From positions 703-64,702 of the forward strand of contig JAKPEO010000056.1 in NCBI GenBank assembly GCA_029551925.1: a DNA stretch of 64,000 nt, in the 5' to 3' direction. A program made the translations under genes and the position numbers. A model generated the notes under the pieces. It did not search any database and was not told the origin of the DNA. It worked only from the letters and a program-made list of their open reading frames with translations. The DNA is from a bacterium. GTDB lineage: Bacteria > JAGOBX01. Shown in pieces: positions 39,009 through 49,221 of this stretch (positions within the stretch are counted from its first letter, which is position 1; the number at the start of each line of letters is the position of its first letter).

Positions 39009-40310
39009 ATGAAAAACAAAATAATTTTGTTGTTTTTTGGCGCTATTTGCTGCTGCCTTTTTTTGATACAGTGCTCGACAATTAATTCGGATTTAAAAGA
39101 CACAATACAAATTGGCGGAGTAAAAGAAGTGAAGATTCCGACTAATATTCAGACAGACAGCGGATATTTAGGCAAAAAAATACAATTTATATTTGATAAA
39201 GAGATAAAACTCGAAAAAGATATTTCTAAAATTGAGCAAGTATTGGCAAATGCTAATGCCGCGATAATAAAAGAAGATAATGGCAAATTGTGGTTTTATT
39301 TTGAAGAAACGCGCAAATTTTACGACAGCGGCTGGTATTGGTATGACAGTGTAAATAATGCGTTTGTAAAAGCGATAAGAACATATTTTGATGTTGATTT
39401 GATAAATGATTTAAAACCAAAATACAATAAAAAGGAATATTATTATTTTAAGAAAAAATCATTTGATAAAATAGAATTATTTAGATTTGATCAACCGCTC
39501 TACACTTGGCTTTATACGACTTTTAAAAATGAAATCAGCGATACGAATATTTTAATTATTGCGCTTGACGAATACGATATTTGGTTTGCTTTGAAAAATA
39601 ATATTAAGAAATTTAATATGAAAAATGAAATCTGGTATGATGTGATTAAAGAACGCAATTTATATGAATATTTTGCATCTTCTGATGTTTCAGAAATAAA
39701 TGTTTCAGAATATTATATATGGTTTGCTTTGCTTGATGGCTCTTTAATTGGTTATGATAAGAAAAATGATGTATGGCGCTTCTGGCGGCAGACTGATGAA
39801 TTTACCAGAACTTATATTTCATATATTTTTGAAAATGAAAATAACGCGTTTTTTAAAACAAATGTCGGTATAAAAAAATTTGACAAACAGCGATTGCGCT
39901 GGTCTGATTTTGACGAAGCCAATCATTTAAGCGATAAGAATATAAAAAATGTCGAACTTGATAAAAATGAAAATTTATGGGTAGAGACTGCGAATGAAAT
40001 AGCGAGATATTCAGTTAAATCAAATGTTTGGGACATAATAAAAAAATCAAATTTTCCAGAGCGGACGCGCGCCGGCGAAAATTATATTGAAAATATAAAT
40101 AACATTACTTTTGATTTTGATAATATGTGGCTTGCCGCAGTTAATGGAGTATTAATATATAGTATCGAGAGTAAAAAATGGATAATCTACGATAAAAAAG
40201 ATATTAATGATTATTTTAGAACTGATATAACAAATTTTAATCTGATATTTATTGATGATAATTATGTCTGGCTCGGCTCAAATGACGGACTTTTTAGAAT
40301 AAAAAAATAA
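39009..40310 (+). CDS. hypothetical lipoprotein with repeated Trp-containing beta-propeller-like modules
   Basis: Lipobox LFLIQCS. Recurrent IWFAL / YIWFALLDG / NMWLAAVNG / YVWLGSNDGLF motifs resemble two-component-regulator propeller repeats. Confidence 0.4.
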   Translation: MKNKIILLFFGAICCCLFLIQCSTINSDLKDTIQIGGVKEVKIPTNIQTDSGYLGKKIQFIFDKEIKLEKDISKIEQVLANANAAIIKEDNGKLWFYFEETRKFYDSGWYWYDSVNNAFVKAIRTYFDVDLINDLKPKYNKKEYYYFKKKSFDKIELFRFDQPLYTWLYTTFKNEISDTNILIIALDEYDIWFALKNNIKKFNMKNEIWYDVIKERNLYEYFASSDVSEINVSEYYIWFALLDGSLIGYDKKNDVWRFWRQTDEFTRTYISYIFENENNAFFKTNVGIKKFDKQRLRWSDFDEANHLSDKNIKNVELDKNENLWVETANEIARYSVKSNVWDIIKKSNFPERTRAGENYIENINNITFDFDNMWLAAVNGVLIYSIESKKWIIYDKKDINDYFRTDITNFNLIFIDDNYVWLGSNDGLFRIKK

Positions 40311-40338
40311 TCAATTATATATTTTTTTTGGATTTAAA

Positions 40339-41643
40339 ATGCTTGAACTTGTTGCAATTATCGGAAAACCGAATGTCGGGAAATCAACGCTTTTCAATAG
40401 AATAATCAAACAGCGTCGCGCTGTTACTTCGCCGATTGCCGGTGTTACGCGCGATAGAATAATTGCGCAAGCAGAATGTAATGATATTAAATTTAATCTG
40501 GTTGATACAGGCGGAATAATAACTGAATTCAAAAATGATATTGAAAAAGAAACATTAGAACAAACGCAGCAAGCGATAGATAATGCTAATGTAATTATTT
40601 TGCTGCTTGACGCACAGAGCGGTATTACTGCGCTTGACGAGCATATTGTAGAGAAAATTAGAAAAATAAATAAGCCGATAATTGTCGCGATTAATAAAGT
40701 TGATGATTTTGAAAAACACGACTGGTCAGAATTTTATAAATTGGGCTTTGATGAATTAATCCCTATATCAGCTGAGCACGGAAAAAATATAAATGAATTA
40801 TTGGATAAGGTTGTCATTAATTTGCGCGGTCAGTCAAAAATAGATTTTGAATTTGACGGAATAAAAATAGCGATAATTGGCAGACCGAATGTCGGAAAAT
40901 CAAGTATTTTAAATAAAATATCAGGGACAAAGAGAAGTATAGTCAGCGATATCCCTGGCACTACGCGTGATATAGTGGAAACTATAATAAAATACCACAA
41001 AAAAAATTATTTGTTTCTGGATACTGCGGGTTTGCGTAAAAAGCAAAAAATTAATGACGCGGTAGAACATTATTCGGTATTGCGGACTTTGAAAGGGATT
41101 AGCGACTGTGATATATCGCTGCTTGTAATCGACGCGCTGCGCGGAATAGACGAGCAGGATTTGAAGATTGCAGAGTTAGTAATTGAAAATAACAAGGGCT
41201 TGATTATTGCGGTTAATAAATGGGATTTAATTGAAAAAGAAAATAACACAGCAAAGCAATTTGAAGATTATATATATAAAAAAGCGCCGTTTATAAGATT
41301 TGCTCCGATTATATTTATTTCTGCGCTGACAGGGCAAAGACTGAATAAAATATACGAAACCGCAGATTTAGTGTTTGAAAATTTAACAAAAAAAATTTCT
41401 ACTGCAGCATTATTGAAATTTATGAATGAATTAAAAAGCAAATATTCAATGCCAGCTAATAAAGGAAAAAAAATAAAATTAAATTATTTCACGCAAGTAG
41501 AAGGTGCTGCGCCGACATTCGTAGCGCATATAACTCACAGAGAATTGGCAACGGCTAATTTTAAAAATTTCTTGATTAATCAATTGCGCGAAAATTTCGG
41601 TTTTATTGGCGCGCCGCTAAATTTATATTTTAAAAATAAATAA
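40339..41643 (+). CDS. der: ribosome-associated GTPase Der (EngA)
   Basis: Two G domains (GKPNVGKST / DTGG / NKVD and GRPNVGKSS / DTAG / NKWD) and a KH-like C-terminus. Confidence 0.95.
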   Translation: MLELVAIIGKPNVGKSTLFNRIIKQRRAVTSPIAGVTRDRIIAQAECNDIKFNLVDTGGIITEFKNDIEKETLEQTQQAIDNANVIILLLDAQSGITALDEHIVEKIRKINKPIIVAINKVDDFEKHDWSEFYKLGFDELIPISAEHGKNINELLDKVVINLRGQSKIDFEFDGIKIAIIGRPNVGKSSILNKISGTKRSIVSDIPGTTRDIVETIIKYHKKNYLFLDTAGLRKKQKINDAVEHYSVLRTLKGISDCDISLLVIDALRGIDEQDLKIAELVIENNKGLIIAVNKWDLIEKENNTAKQFEDYIYKKAPFIRFAPIIFISALTGQRLNKIYETADLVFENLTKKISTAALLKFMNELKSKYSMPANKGKKIKLNYFTQVEGAAPTFVAHITHRELATANFKNFLINQLRENFGFIGAPLNLYFKNK

Positions 41644-42491
41644 TGGATTTATTACACAAGTTTTTGGATAACTTATTACACAATCGCAAATTTGATTTTT
41701 GTTTAGGTATTTTTATTTTGTCTGTTATTTTGATTTCTTTTTTGTATATTAACGATTATAAATTAGTAGAGATAAATGACGGCAGAGATAATTTTTTTGT
41801 AATTACAAAATTTACAAAAGCAATAGATGTAATAAATCATAAAAATATTTTTTTATCGCCTGCCGATTTGATTTTTCCGTCGCCGTCCGCTAAAATGCCG
41901 AAATTTCGTGGAAAAATAACTATTAATCGCGCTGATGAAATTATTAAAACAAAATTTATAGAAATAAATCAGGAAATGGTTGAAATTCAAACAGCGGCAC
42001 TGCCAAGCGGTAGAAGATTAGTTATTAATCCCGGCGCTAAGGGCTATCGCGAAGAAATATATCGCAGTATCTGGCTTGATGGCGTGAAGATAAAAGAAGA
42101 ATTGATTGATGTAAAAAATATTTGCAAGCCGCGTAAAGGAATAGCGCTTATTGGAAATTCTAAAAAATATTTTGATTTTTATAAAGATACTGATAAACAA
42201 ATAAAAAAAATTATTATGCGCGCATCAGCATATTCGCCGAGCAGTCATTCTTGCGCGCCGTTTGATGACGGTATGACCGCTATTGGGCTGCGCGCAGATT
42301 ATGGTATTGCGGCAGTTGATCCGAAAATTATACCGCTCGGTTCGCTATTATATATTGAAGGTTATGGTTATGCAATAGCTGGCGATGTCGGCAGCAGTAT
42401 AAAAAAAAATTATATAGATTTATGTTTTCCAAATCATAAAACTGCGTTAGAATTCGGCGTGCGTCAAGTAAATGTCTTTGTTTTGGAATAA
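41643..42491 (+). CDS. 3D-domain (MltA/RlpA-like double-psi barrel) cell-wall-associated protein
   Basis: N-terminal TM. C-terminal ASAYSPSS...DGMTAIGLRADYGIAAVDPKIIPLGSLLYIEGYGYAIAGDVGSSIKKNYIDLCF. Confidence 0.7.
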   Translation: MDLLHKFLDNLLHNRKFDFCLGIFILSVILISFLYINDYKLVEINDGRDNFFVITKFTKAIDVINHKNIFLSPADLIFPSPSAKMPKFRGKITINRADEIIKTKFIEINQEMVEIQTAALPSGRRLVINPGAKGYREEIYRSIWLDGVKIKEELIDVKNICKPRKGIALIGNSKKYFDFYKDTDKQIKKIIMRASAYSPSSHSCAPFDDGMTAIGLRADYGIAAVDPKIIPLGSLLYIEGYGYAIAGDVGSSIKKNYIDLCFPNHKTALEFGVRQVNVFVLE

Positions 42492-42585
42492 TTCTCCAAA
42501 GTATTTTAAGAGCAAAATTATTATATTAAAAATTAAAAGTTTGAAAATAATTCAAATAATTAGTTTTTAAAATTTCAAAAAAAAA

Positions 42586-42614
42586 TTGACAAATATATCT
42601 AATTAAAATACATT
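42586..42614 (+). promoter_or_regulatory. promoter candidate TTGACA-17-TACATT
   Basis: TTGACA at 42586-42591 and a weaker -10 at 42609-42614. Upstream of the aroA'/aroB' pair. Confidence 0.3.
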
Positions 42615-42661
42615 ATTTTAATTGCAATACAATAAGTTTTTTTGTATAGGAGGATATAAAA

Positions 42662-43453
42662 TTGATAGGCAAGAATATTAGATTAGAAAGAATAATTAAT
42701 CGCAATACTGGAAAAGCAGTGATTATTCCAATGGATCACGGATTGACAGTCGGTCCGATTAAGGGCTTAGAAAATATGAAAAACACGATAAATGCAGTAG
42801 CAAACGGCGGCGCAAATGCGATAATACTGCATAAAGGAATAGTTATAAATGGTCATCGCAAGAAAGGAAAAGATATAGGGCTGATTATTCATTTATCAGG
42901 AAGCACATCATTGAGTTCTGATCCTAATGCTAAAGTATTAGTATGTTCAGTAGAAGAAGCGATAAGATTAGGCGCTGATGCTGTGTCAATACATATTAAT
43001 ATTGGCGCTGAGAGCGAGAGCAAAATGCTTGAAGATTTTGGCGCTATTTCTAAAAAATGTATGGATTGGGGAATGCCGTTATTAGCGATGATTTATACGC
43101 GCGGCAAAAAAATCAAAAATGAAAATGAGGTCGAAGTAGTAAAGCATGCAGCCCGCGTTGCCGCAGAAATGGGCGCTGATATAGTGAAAGTATCATATAC
43201 CGGCAGCGAATCATCATTTAAGCAAGTTGTAAAAGGTTGCCCGATTCCTGTGATGATAGCTGGCGGCGAGACACAAGCGAATGAACGTGATTTTTTGGAA
43301 TGTGTGTATTCAGCCATCCGCGCAGGCGCATCCGGAGTGACAATAGGTAGGAATGCGTTTAGCCATAAAAATCCAGCAAAGATGACAGCTGCTATTTGCG
43401 CGATAGTTCATCAAAAGAAATCAGTGAATGAAGCGTTGAAATTATTAGATTAA
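42662..43453 (+). CDS. aroA': 2-amino-3,7-dideoxy-D-threo-hept-6-ulosonate (ADH) synthase, class I aldolase DhnA family (archaeal-type AroA')
   Basis: TTG start after an AGGAGG Shine-Dalgarno. Near-collinear resemblance to my recollection of M. jannaschii MJ0400: LERI.NR..GK.VI.PMDHG...[54 protein letters not shown]. Confidence 0.8.
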   Translation: MIGKNIRLERIINRNTGKAVIIPMDHGLTVGPIKGLENMKNTINAVANGGANAIILHKGIVINGHRKKGKDIGLIIHLSGSTSLSSDPNAKVLVCSVEEAIRLGADAVSIHINIGAESESKMLEDFGAISKKCMDWGMPLLAMIYTRGKKIKNENEVEVVKHAARVAAEMGADIVKVSYTGSESSFKQVVKGCPIPVMIAGGETQANERDFLECVYSAIRAGASGVTIGRNAFSHKNPAKMTAAICAIVHQKKSVNEALKLLD

Positions 43454-43463
43454 GGAACGATAG

Positions 43464-44468
43464 ATGAGAAAGATACTATTTAATTCGTCAGATAAATTTG
43501 TTAAAAATTTAATTACTTTTGCGATAGAGCATGGAATTACTGATTTTTTAACCGCCAGCGAAGAAGTAGCGCAAAAAATCAGAGAATTAGCGAAAGTGAA
43601 AATTATAAGTTCGCAGAGTTTTGCAGATATATTAATTGGTAGAGATATTGAATATATCAATGTTAGCGATAAAAAGAGCGAAGAATTAGCAGTGCAATCA
43701 GCGCGCGTTAAACCTGTTATTGTAAAATTAGAAAATTGGAAAATTATACCAATTGAAAATATATTAGCGCAGACAGATAATATAATAGTAGAAGTCAATA
43801 ATTTTGAAGAATTGAAATTATGCGCTGGGATATTAGAAAAAGGCGTTAGCGCTTTTGTTATAAATACGAGCGATTTTAATGAATTAAAAGAGATGATTGA
43901 TTATATAAATAGTCAGACATTAAAATTAGAATTAATTGACGCTGAAATCATAAAGGTTTCGCAGTTGCCTGTGACTGATAGAGTGTGCATTGATTCCTGC
44001 AATATAATGACAATCGGCGAAGGTTTTTTAATTGGCTCGTCGAGTCAATGTTTATTTTTAGTTCATTCTGAAACCGTAGAAAATCCGTATGTTGCAGCGC
44101 GGCCTTTCAGAGTAAATGCCGGCGCAGTGCATTCGTATATTTTACTGCCGGATAATAAAACGCAGTATTTATCAGAATTAAAAGCAGGCGATTCGTTATT
44201 GACTGTAAATGCCAAAGGCGAGACGCAGTTGAATGTAGTAGGCAGAATAAAACTCGAAAAGCGTCCGATGTTGCTAATAAAGGCGAAATACGAGCAGCGC
44301 GAATTTTCGGTAGTTTTGCAGAATGCCGAGACTGTGAATTTAACAAGCGCGGAAGGTATGCCTATTTCAGTGACAAAACTCAAATCAGGTGATAAAGTAA
44401 AGTGTTATATAGAAAATGTCGGCAGACATTTTGGTATGAGCATAGTAGAGACGATAACCGAAAAATAA
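43464..44468 (+). CDS. aroB': 3-dehydroquinate synthase II (archaeal-type AroB')
   Basis: 334 aa. WKIIPIENILAQ and RPFRVNAGAVHSY blocks match the DHQ synthase II family as I remember it. Adjacent to the ADH synthase gene, as in archaea. Confidence 0.75.
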   Translation: MRKILFNSSDKFVKNLITFAIEHGITDFLTASEEVAQKIRELAKVKIISSQSFADILIGRDIEYINVSDKKSEELAVQSARVKPVIVKLENWKIIPIENILAQTDNIIVEVNNFEELKLCAGILEKGVSAFVINTSDFNELKEMIDYINSQTLKLELIDAEIIKVSQLPVTDRVCIDSCNIMTIGEGFLIGSSSQCLFLVHSETVENPYVAARPFRVNAGAVHSYILLPDNKTQYLSELKAGDSLLTVNAKGETQLNVVGRIKLEKRPMLLIKAKYEQREFSVVLQNAETVNLTSAEGMPISVTKLKSGDKVKCYIENVGRHFGMSIVETITEK

Positions 44469-44481
44469 AAAGTGATTAAAT

Positions 44482-46575
44482 GTGAAAATTAATAGAGAAG
44501 TAAAATTTATTTTTAAATTATCAGATAATAAATCAGAAAATAAAATATTAATCGAAGAATTATTAAGAGAATTTATTGACTATTGGCGCGATACTCCGGA
44601 GATTCAAAATATCCTTTTAGAGATAGAAAATAACAATTCTATATATGAATTGCGATTTAATGTATATTCCACGGCGTTGGCAGAGGAAGCGCGCGGCATT
44701 ATTATTACCGGCTTTGGCAATTCTAAATACGAGAATTTATTTGATTTAACAGTGCTGCTTTTAAAGAATTTTTTGACGGAGAAAAATATCGCTAATTACA
44801 TTAAAGCGCCGATTGAAAAAGTCAACGGAGCATTTGAAGATATACATTCTGATATTGACGAATTAGAAGACGAGATCCCAAAAAATTTCAAAGACCTTGA
44901 TGATGAATCCTTAAAAGAATTGAAAATAAAATTATCATATCAATTGGAGATGATTTTAAACAAAGCTGATTTGATAATAAAAAACTTGAAATTATTAGAC
45001 GATAGAATATTAGCGTTTGTCAAAGAATATCAGATTAAATTAGGAATTCACAAACAAACAAAATTTGCTATTCAGAAGCAGTATGAGCAGACAATAGATT
45101 CAGCGAAATTATTGCTTAATAAAGATGTAGAAAAAATCCATATTGATAAAATTTCGCATTTTCGCGAAGGCAGCGGATATTTTGATTTAGGAATGTTTGA
45201 CGATGCAATTGACGAATTTAATAAAGCGCTTGAAATCGAGCCGGATAATATTGAATTATTGAATAAACTCGGCTGGGCGTATTTTATGCTCGATGATATG
45301 TCAAAAGCCGAAGAATATTTTAATAAAGTTTTGAATTTGGATAATAATAATATTCTTGCGATAAACGGGCTTGCTGCTATTACTTTTAAGACGCATAATT
45401 ATGATAAAAGCATCGAGTTATTTAATAAAAGCATTTCATTAGCGAATGATGTCGAGCCGATTTATTTTGCGTTAAATCAGTTAGGGCAATTGTATTTATT
45501 AAAATCAGATTATGAAATGGCAATAAAAAAATTTTATAAAGCAATAGAACTGCTGCCGGACAGAGAAGAGGCGCATTATAATTTAGCGAATATTTATTAT
45601 AATTTAGGATTGTTTAATGAAGCGGTGTATGAATATAATAAATGCCTTGAAATTAATAGCGCTGACCGTTATGCAGAAGCATATAAATTAACGGCAGAAG
45701 GTCAGATTTTGCTGAATGAAAATATGATTGATGAAGCGATAGAAAAATTTAAGGAAGCGATAGAAAAAGATATTGAAGACCCGTCGTTTTATAATAATTT
45801 AGGCGCAGCGTATAATAAATCCGGCGATTATTATAAAGCAGTGAAAGCATTTAAAAAAGCGATAGAACTCAATCCGAATTATCAAATAGCTTATATTAAT
45901 TTAGGATATATCAGCGATAAATTGAATGAATTAGACGAAGCGATAAAATATTATAAAAAAGCGCTTGAATTAAAACCGGACGATATTGTCGCATTGAATA
46001 ATTTGGGCTGGGATTTATATTTAGTTCATAAATACGACGAAGCAGAAGAGTGCTATTTAAAAGCGCTGAAAATAGATTCGCATAATATTCAAGCGTTGAA
46101 TAATCTTGGCTGGCTGTATATAAAAAAAGCAGAATACAGCAAAGCGCTCGGCGTGTATCAGATAGTATTAGAAATAGACCAAAATAATGCTATGGCATAT
46201 AATGATATTGGTTATTTGTATTATAAAAAAAATATGTTGGATAAAGCGATACTTGAATTAAATAAAGCCATTAGATTGAATAATGACCGCGAGGCAATGA
46301 CCTACGCTTATTATCATTTAGGTCTTGTTTATTTAAAGAAAAAATTAAAAAATGAAGCGATAGCGTCGTTTAATAAAGCGATAAAACTTGACGGGCAATA
46401 TCAAGAGCCGTATTATCAATTAGGGTTGCTTTATAAAAATAATGAAGAGTATGCCACTGCTTTGAAGTATTTTGATAATTGTATTTCAGTTAATCCAAAT
46501 ACTAAATACGCGAAAAAATCCAAAGAGCACATAAAAAAAATTCAGATAATAATGAAAGAAGAGGTGGAAAATTGA
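44482..46575 (+). CDS. tetratricopeptide-repeat protein (~13 TPR units after a ~200-aa helical N-terminal region)
   Basis: Reiterated A..Y..AL..(D/N)P.N......LG..Y motifs through the C-terminal 480 aa. GTG start. Confidence 0.8.
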   Translation: MKINREVKFIFKLSDNKSENKILIEELLREFIDYWRDTPEIQNILLEIENNNSIYELRFNVYSTALAEEARGIIITGFGNSKYENLFDLTVLLLKNFLTEKNIANYIKAPIEKVNGAFEDIHSDIDELEDEIPKNFKDLDDESLKELKIKLSYQLEMILNKADLIIKNLKLLDDRILAFVKEYQIKLGIHKQTKFAIQKQYEQTIDSAKLLLNKDVEKIHIDKISHFREGSGYFDLGMFDDAIDEFNKALEIEPDNIELLNKLGWAYFMLDDMSKAEEYFNKVLNLDNNNILAINGLAAITFKTHNYDKSIELFNKSISLANDVEPIYFALNQLGQLYLLKSDYEMAIKKFYKAIELLPDREEAHYNLANIYYNLGLFNEAVYEYNKCLEINSADRYAEAYKLTAEGQILLNENMIDEAIEKFKEAIEKDIEDPSFYNNLGAAYNKSGDYYKAVKAFKKAIELNPNYQIAYINLGYISDKLNELDEAIKYYKKALELKPDDIVALNNLGWDLYLVHKYDEAEECYLKALKIDSHNIQALNNLGWLYIKKAEYSKALGVYQIVLEIDQNNAMAYNDIGYLYYKKNMLDKAILELNKAIRLNNDREAMTYAYYHLGLVYLKKKLKNEAIASFNKAIKLDGQYQEPYYQLGLLYKNNEEYATALKYFDNCISVNPNTKYAKKSKEHIKKIQIIMKEEVEN

Positions 46576-47069
46576 AATTGTTAAAAAATCAGAGAATAGC
46601 GATATTTGTTGATGTTCAGAATATGTTTTATTCTGCAAAAAATATATATCATGCTAAATTAGATTTTGGAAAATTATTGGAAAATATAATTAAAGATAGG
46701 CAGTTGATAAGAGCGATTGCTTATATAGTGCAAACTCCTGAAATTGATCAGACAGCGTTTATAAATATTTTAAGACATATAGGTTTTGAAGTAAAATCAA
46801 AGACATTAAAACAGCGACCGGATGGCTCTGCAAAAGGTGATTGGGATATGGGCTTGGCGATAGATGCGATTTCGATAGCAGCGAAAGTAGATGTGATTGC
46901 GCTTGCTAGCGGCGACGGCGATTTTACAGATTTAGTTTATCATTTAAAATCTCACGGTGTGCGCGTTGAGGTTCATTCATTTTTGCGCAGCACTGCCGAA
47001 GAATTGATAAATGCCGCCACAGAGCATTATCAATTAGACGAAAATATATTGATGCCTTATAAAAAATGA
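46572..47069 (+). CDS. NYN-domain (LabA/DUF88-like) putative ribonuclease
   Basis: IAIFVDVQNMFY ... GDWDMGLAIDA ... IALASGDGDFTDLV ... GVRVEV. TTGA overlap with the TPR gene stop. Confidence 0.8.
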   Translation: MKLLKNQRIAIFVDVQNMFYSAKNIYHAKLDFGKLLENIIKDRQLIRAIAYIVQTPEIDQTAFINILRHIGFEVKSKTLKQRPDGSAKGDWDMGLAIDAISIAAKVDVIALASGDGDFTDLVYHLKSHGVRVEVHSFLRSTAEELINAATEHYQLDENILMPYKK

Positions 47070-47845
47070 AATTATTTTTGAATTTTATCGAATATCGCGA
47101 ATTGCTTTATAATTTAGCGATTAAAGAAATCAAAGTGCGCTATAAAAGCGCATTATTAGGATTTATTTGGGCGCTGCTTGTGCCTGTATCTATTATGTTT
47201 GTTTTTTTGATTATATTCTCAATGCTTTTTAAGATTAAAGAATTAACGCCTGTTTATCTGCTTGCCGCATTATTTCCGTGGATTTTTTTGAGTATGTCAT
47301 TAAGCGGCGCGGCGACTTGCATAGTAGAAAACAGCAATATAATAAAAAAAGTTTTTTTTCCGAGAGAGTTATTGCCCGTATCAATTGTATTAGCGAATTT
47401 TTTTAATTTTGTTTTGTCTATTGCGTTATTGATTGTAATATCGATTATTTCAAAAAACAATATTAACGCCACACTGTTATTTTTGCCGATTGTGATGATT
47501 ATGCAGGCACTGTTCGTTTCAGGTATTACGCTTATATTTTCCGCGCTTTTTGTTTATTTCCGCGATATAAAATATTTTGTGGAAATTTTATTGACTATCT
47601 GGTTTTATCTTACTCCTATTTTTTATGACCAGAAATTAATCAGAAATTTTTCAGAAAAAGCGTTTACGATTTTTTTATTGAATCCGATGACTGGATTGAT
47701 TGTGATGTATCGTGATATTTTAATTAATGGCATTTTATCGTCAAGCGTTTTGATTTCATTTACTTTTTTTCTTTGTGTATTGACATTTGTTATTGGCTTG
47801 ATATTAAATAAAAAATTAAGTCCGTATTTTGCCGATTATGTTTAA
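47066..47845 (+). CDS. ABC-2-type (Wzm/TagG/KpsM-like) polysaccharide-export permease
   Basis: YRELLYNLAIKEIKVRYKSALLGFIWALL N-terminal signature and six TM segments. ATGA overlap with the NYN gene. No ATPase gene downstream. Confidence 0.8.
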   Translation: MKLFLNFIEYRELLYNLAIKEIKVRYKSALLGFIWALLVPVSIMFVFLIIFSMLFKIKELTPVYLLAALFPWIFLSMSLSGAATCIVENSNIIKKVFFPRELLPVSIVLANFFNFVLSIALLIVISIISKNNINATLLFLPIVMIMQALFVSGITLIFSALFVYFRDIKYFVEILLTIWFYLTPIFYDQKLIRNFSEKAFTIFLLNPMTGLIVMYRDILINGILSSSVLISFTFFLCVLTFVIGLILNKKLSPYFADYV

Positions 47846-47864
47846 AAAAAAAATTGATTAGATT

Positions 47865-48827
47865 ATGTCAAAATTAAAAGAAAAAAATCAAGAAATTAAC
47901 GAGTTTTTGGACGAAAAAAAAATAAGAGAATATTATGTTCCGCAATTTTTGGAATATTTAGCAACTGAAAAAAATTATTCGGAATTGACTATCCAATCAT
48001 ATTATTTAGATGTAGTGAAGTTTATAACTTATTTGGAAAAGGAATTTGGCGGCTATGCTTTGAATAATATCAATTATCGATTGATCCGGGATTTTTTAAG
48101 AATTTTAGAAATGAACGATGCCCAGAAATATAATCGCAATTCGTTAATAAGAATTTTGTCAGGCGTAAAATCTTATTTTAAATTTTTGACTAAAAAAAAT
48201 ATTATAACGATTAATCCCGCGCGAACAGTGGCAACTCCAAAAAAAGAAAAATATATACCAGAATTTTTATTTGAACAAGAATTAGAAAATTTTTTAAAGT
48301 TGCCGAATTGCAGTAAATTCGATGGGCTGCGCGATTATGTAATATTAGAGTTTTTGTATTCAACTGGCGTGCGTGTAAGCGAACTTGTAGGAATAAAAGT
48401 TAGCGATGTCCAAAATGCCGATGTTTTAAAAGTTTTTGGCAAAGGCAAAAAAGAACGAATTATTCCGATTGGCAGCGAATTAAAATGCGCAATAGCTGAT
48501 TATCTTCCGCGGCGCGAGTTGTTTTTGAATAGAAAAAATAAAAAAGAAAATCAATATTTATTTGTTAATTTAATGGGCGATAGATTAACGGATAGAGGTG
48601 TGAGATTAATAGTTGAAAAGTATTTGTTGAAATCAGCGCTTTTAAAAAATGTTTCGCCGCATACATTTAGACATACATTTGCTACGCATTTATTAAATCG
48701 CGGCGCTGATATTAGAGCAGTGCAGGAATTACTCGGACATTCGTCGTTATCGACCACTCAAATATATACGCATTTAACTACTGAACGAATAAAAAATGTG
48801 TATAATGCTTGTCATCCGCGCGCGTAA
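47865..48827 (+). CDS. tyrosine recombinase, XerC/XerD family
   Basis: SAM-like N-domain. Catalytic R (YSTGVRVSEL), HTFRHTFATHLL and LGHSSLSTTQIYTH. Confidence 0.85.
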   Translation: MSKLKEKNQEINEFLDEKKIREYYVPQFLEYLATEKNYSELTIQSYYLDVVKFITYLEKEFGGYALNNINYRLIRDFLRILEMNDAQKYNRNSLIRILSGVKSYFKFLTKKNIITINPARTVATPKKEKYIPEFLFEQELENFLKLPNCSKFDGLRDYVILEFLYSTGVRVSELVGIKVSDVQNADVLKVFGKGKKERIIPIGSELKCAIADYLPRRELFLNRKNKKENQYLFVNLMGDRLTDRGVRLIVEKYLLKSALLKNVSPHTFRHTFATHLLNRGADIRAVQELLGHSSLSTTQIYTHLTTERIKNVYNACHPRA

Positions 48828-49221
48828 AACTAAAATCAAATTCACAGCAGAGCCGCAGAGATAGCCAAGAGAAAAACGCAAAGAGAGATATTAATTAAAA
48901 AAATAATTATTAGAATGAAAAAAATAAAATTAAGCATTTGAATTAAAATGGAATAAAGTATTGTGGTTAGAAAATATTTTTTTTATAATACCGTTAACTC
49001 ATTACTTTTAAAGGGGCATAGTAGTTTTTTGCAGTTTTTTGGAGGGAGTTGAGTTTTATGATTTTTTCATCCAATTTTTTTTGAAATTTTTTTAAGTGTC
49101 ACAATTCTTATATTGTATTGTCTTAATTTTATTTAATGACAAATATATATTTTGTAAATTACGCAACTTGACTACCACAAAAAAATGAGTAAAATATTAA
49201 TTAAATCTTGTATTACGCAGT

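Noticed and set aside
49095-49122. dif-like Xer site (AGTGTCACAAT-TCTTAT-ATTGTATTGTC) just downstream of the Xer-family gene
   Set aside because: Only the 5-bp inner palindrome and 6-nt spacer fit. The arms do not resemble the widely conserved ...ATAA-N6-TTATGTnAAnT dif core. Gene orientation does not show a clean terminus-like switch, because plus-strand genes resume at 51.7 kb.
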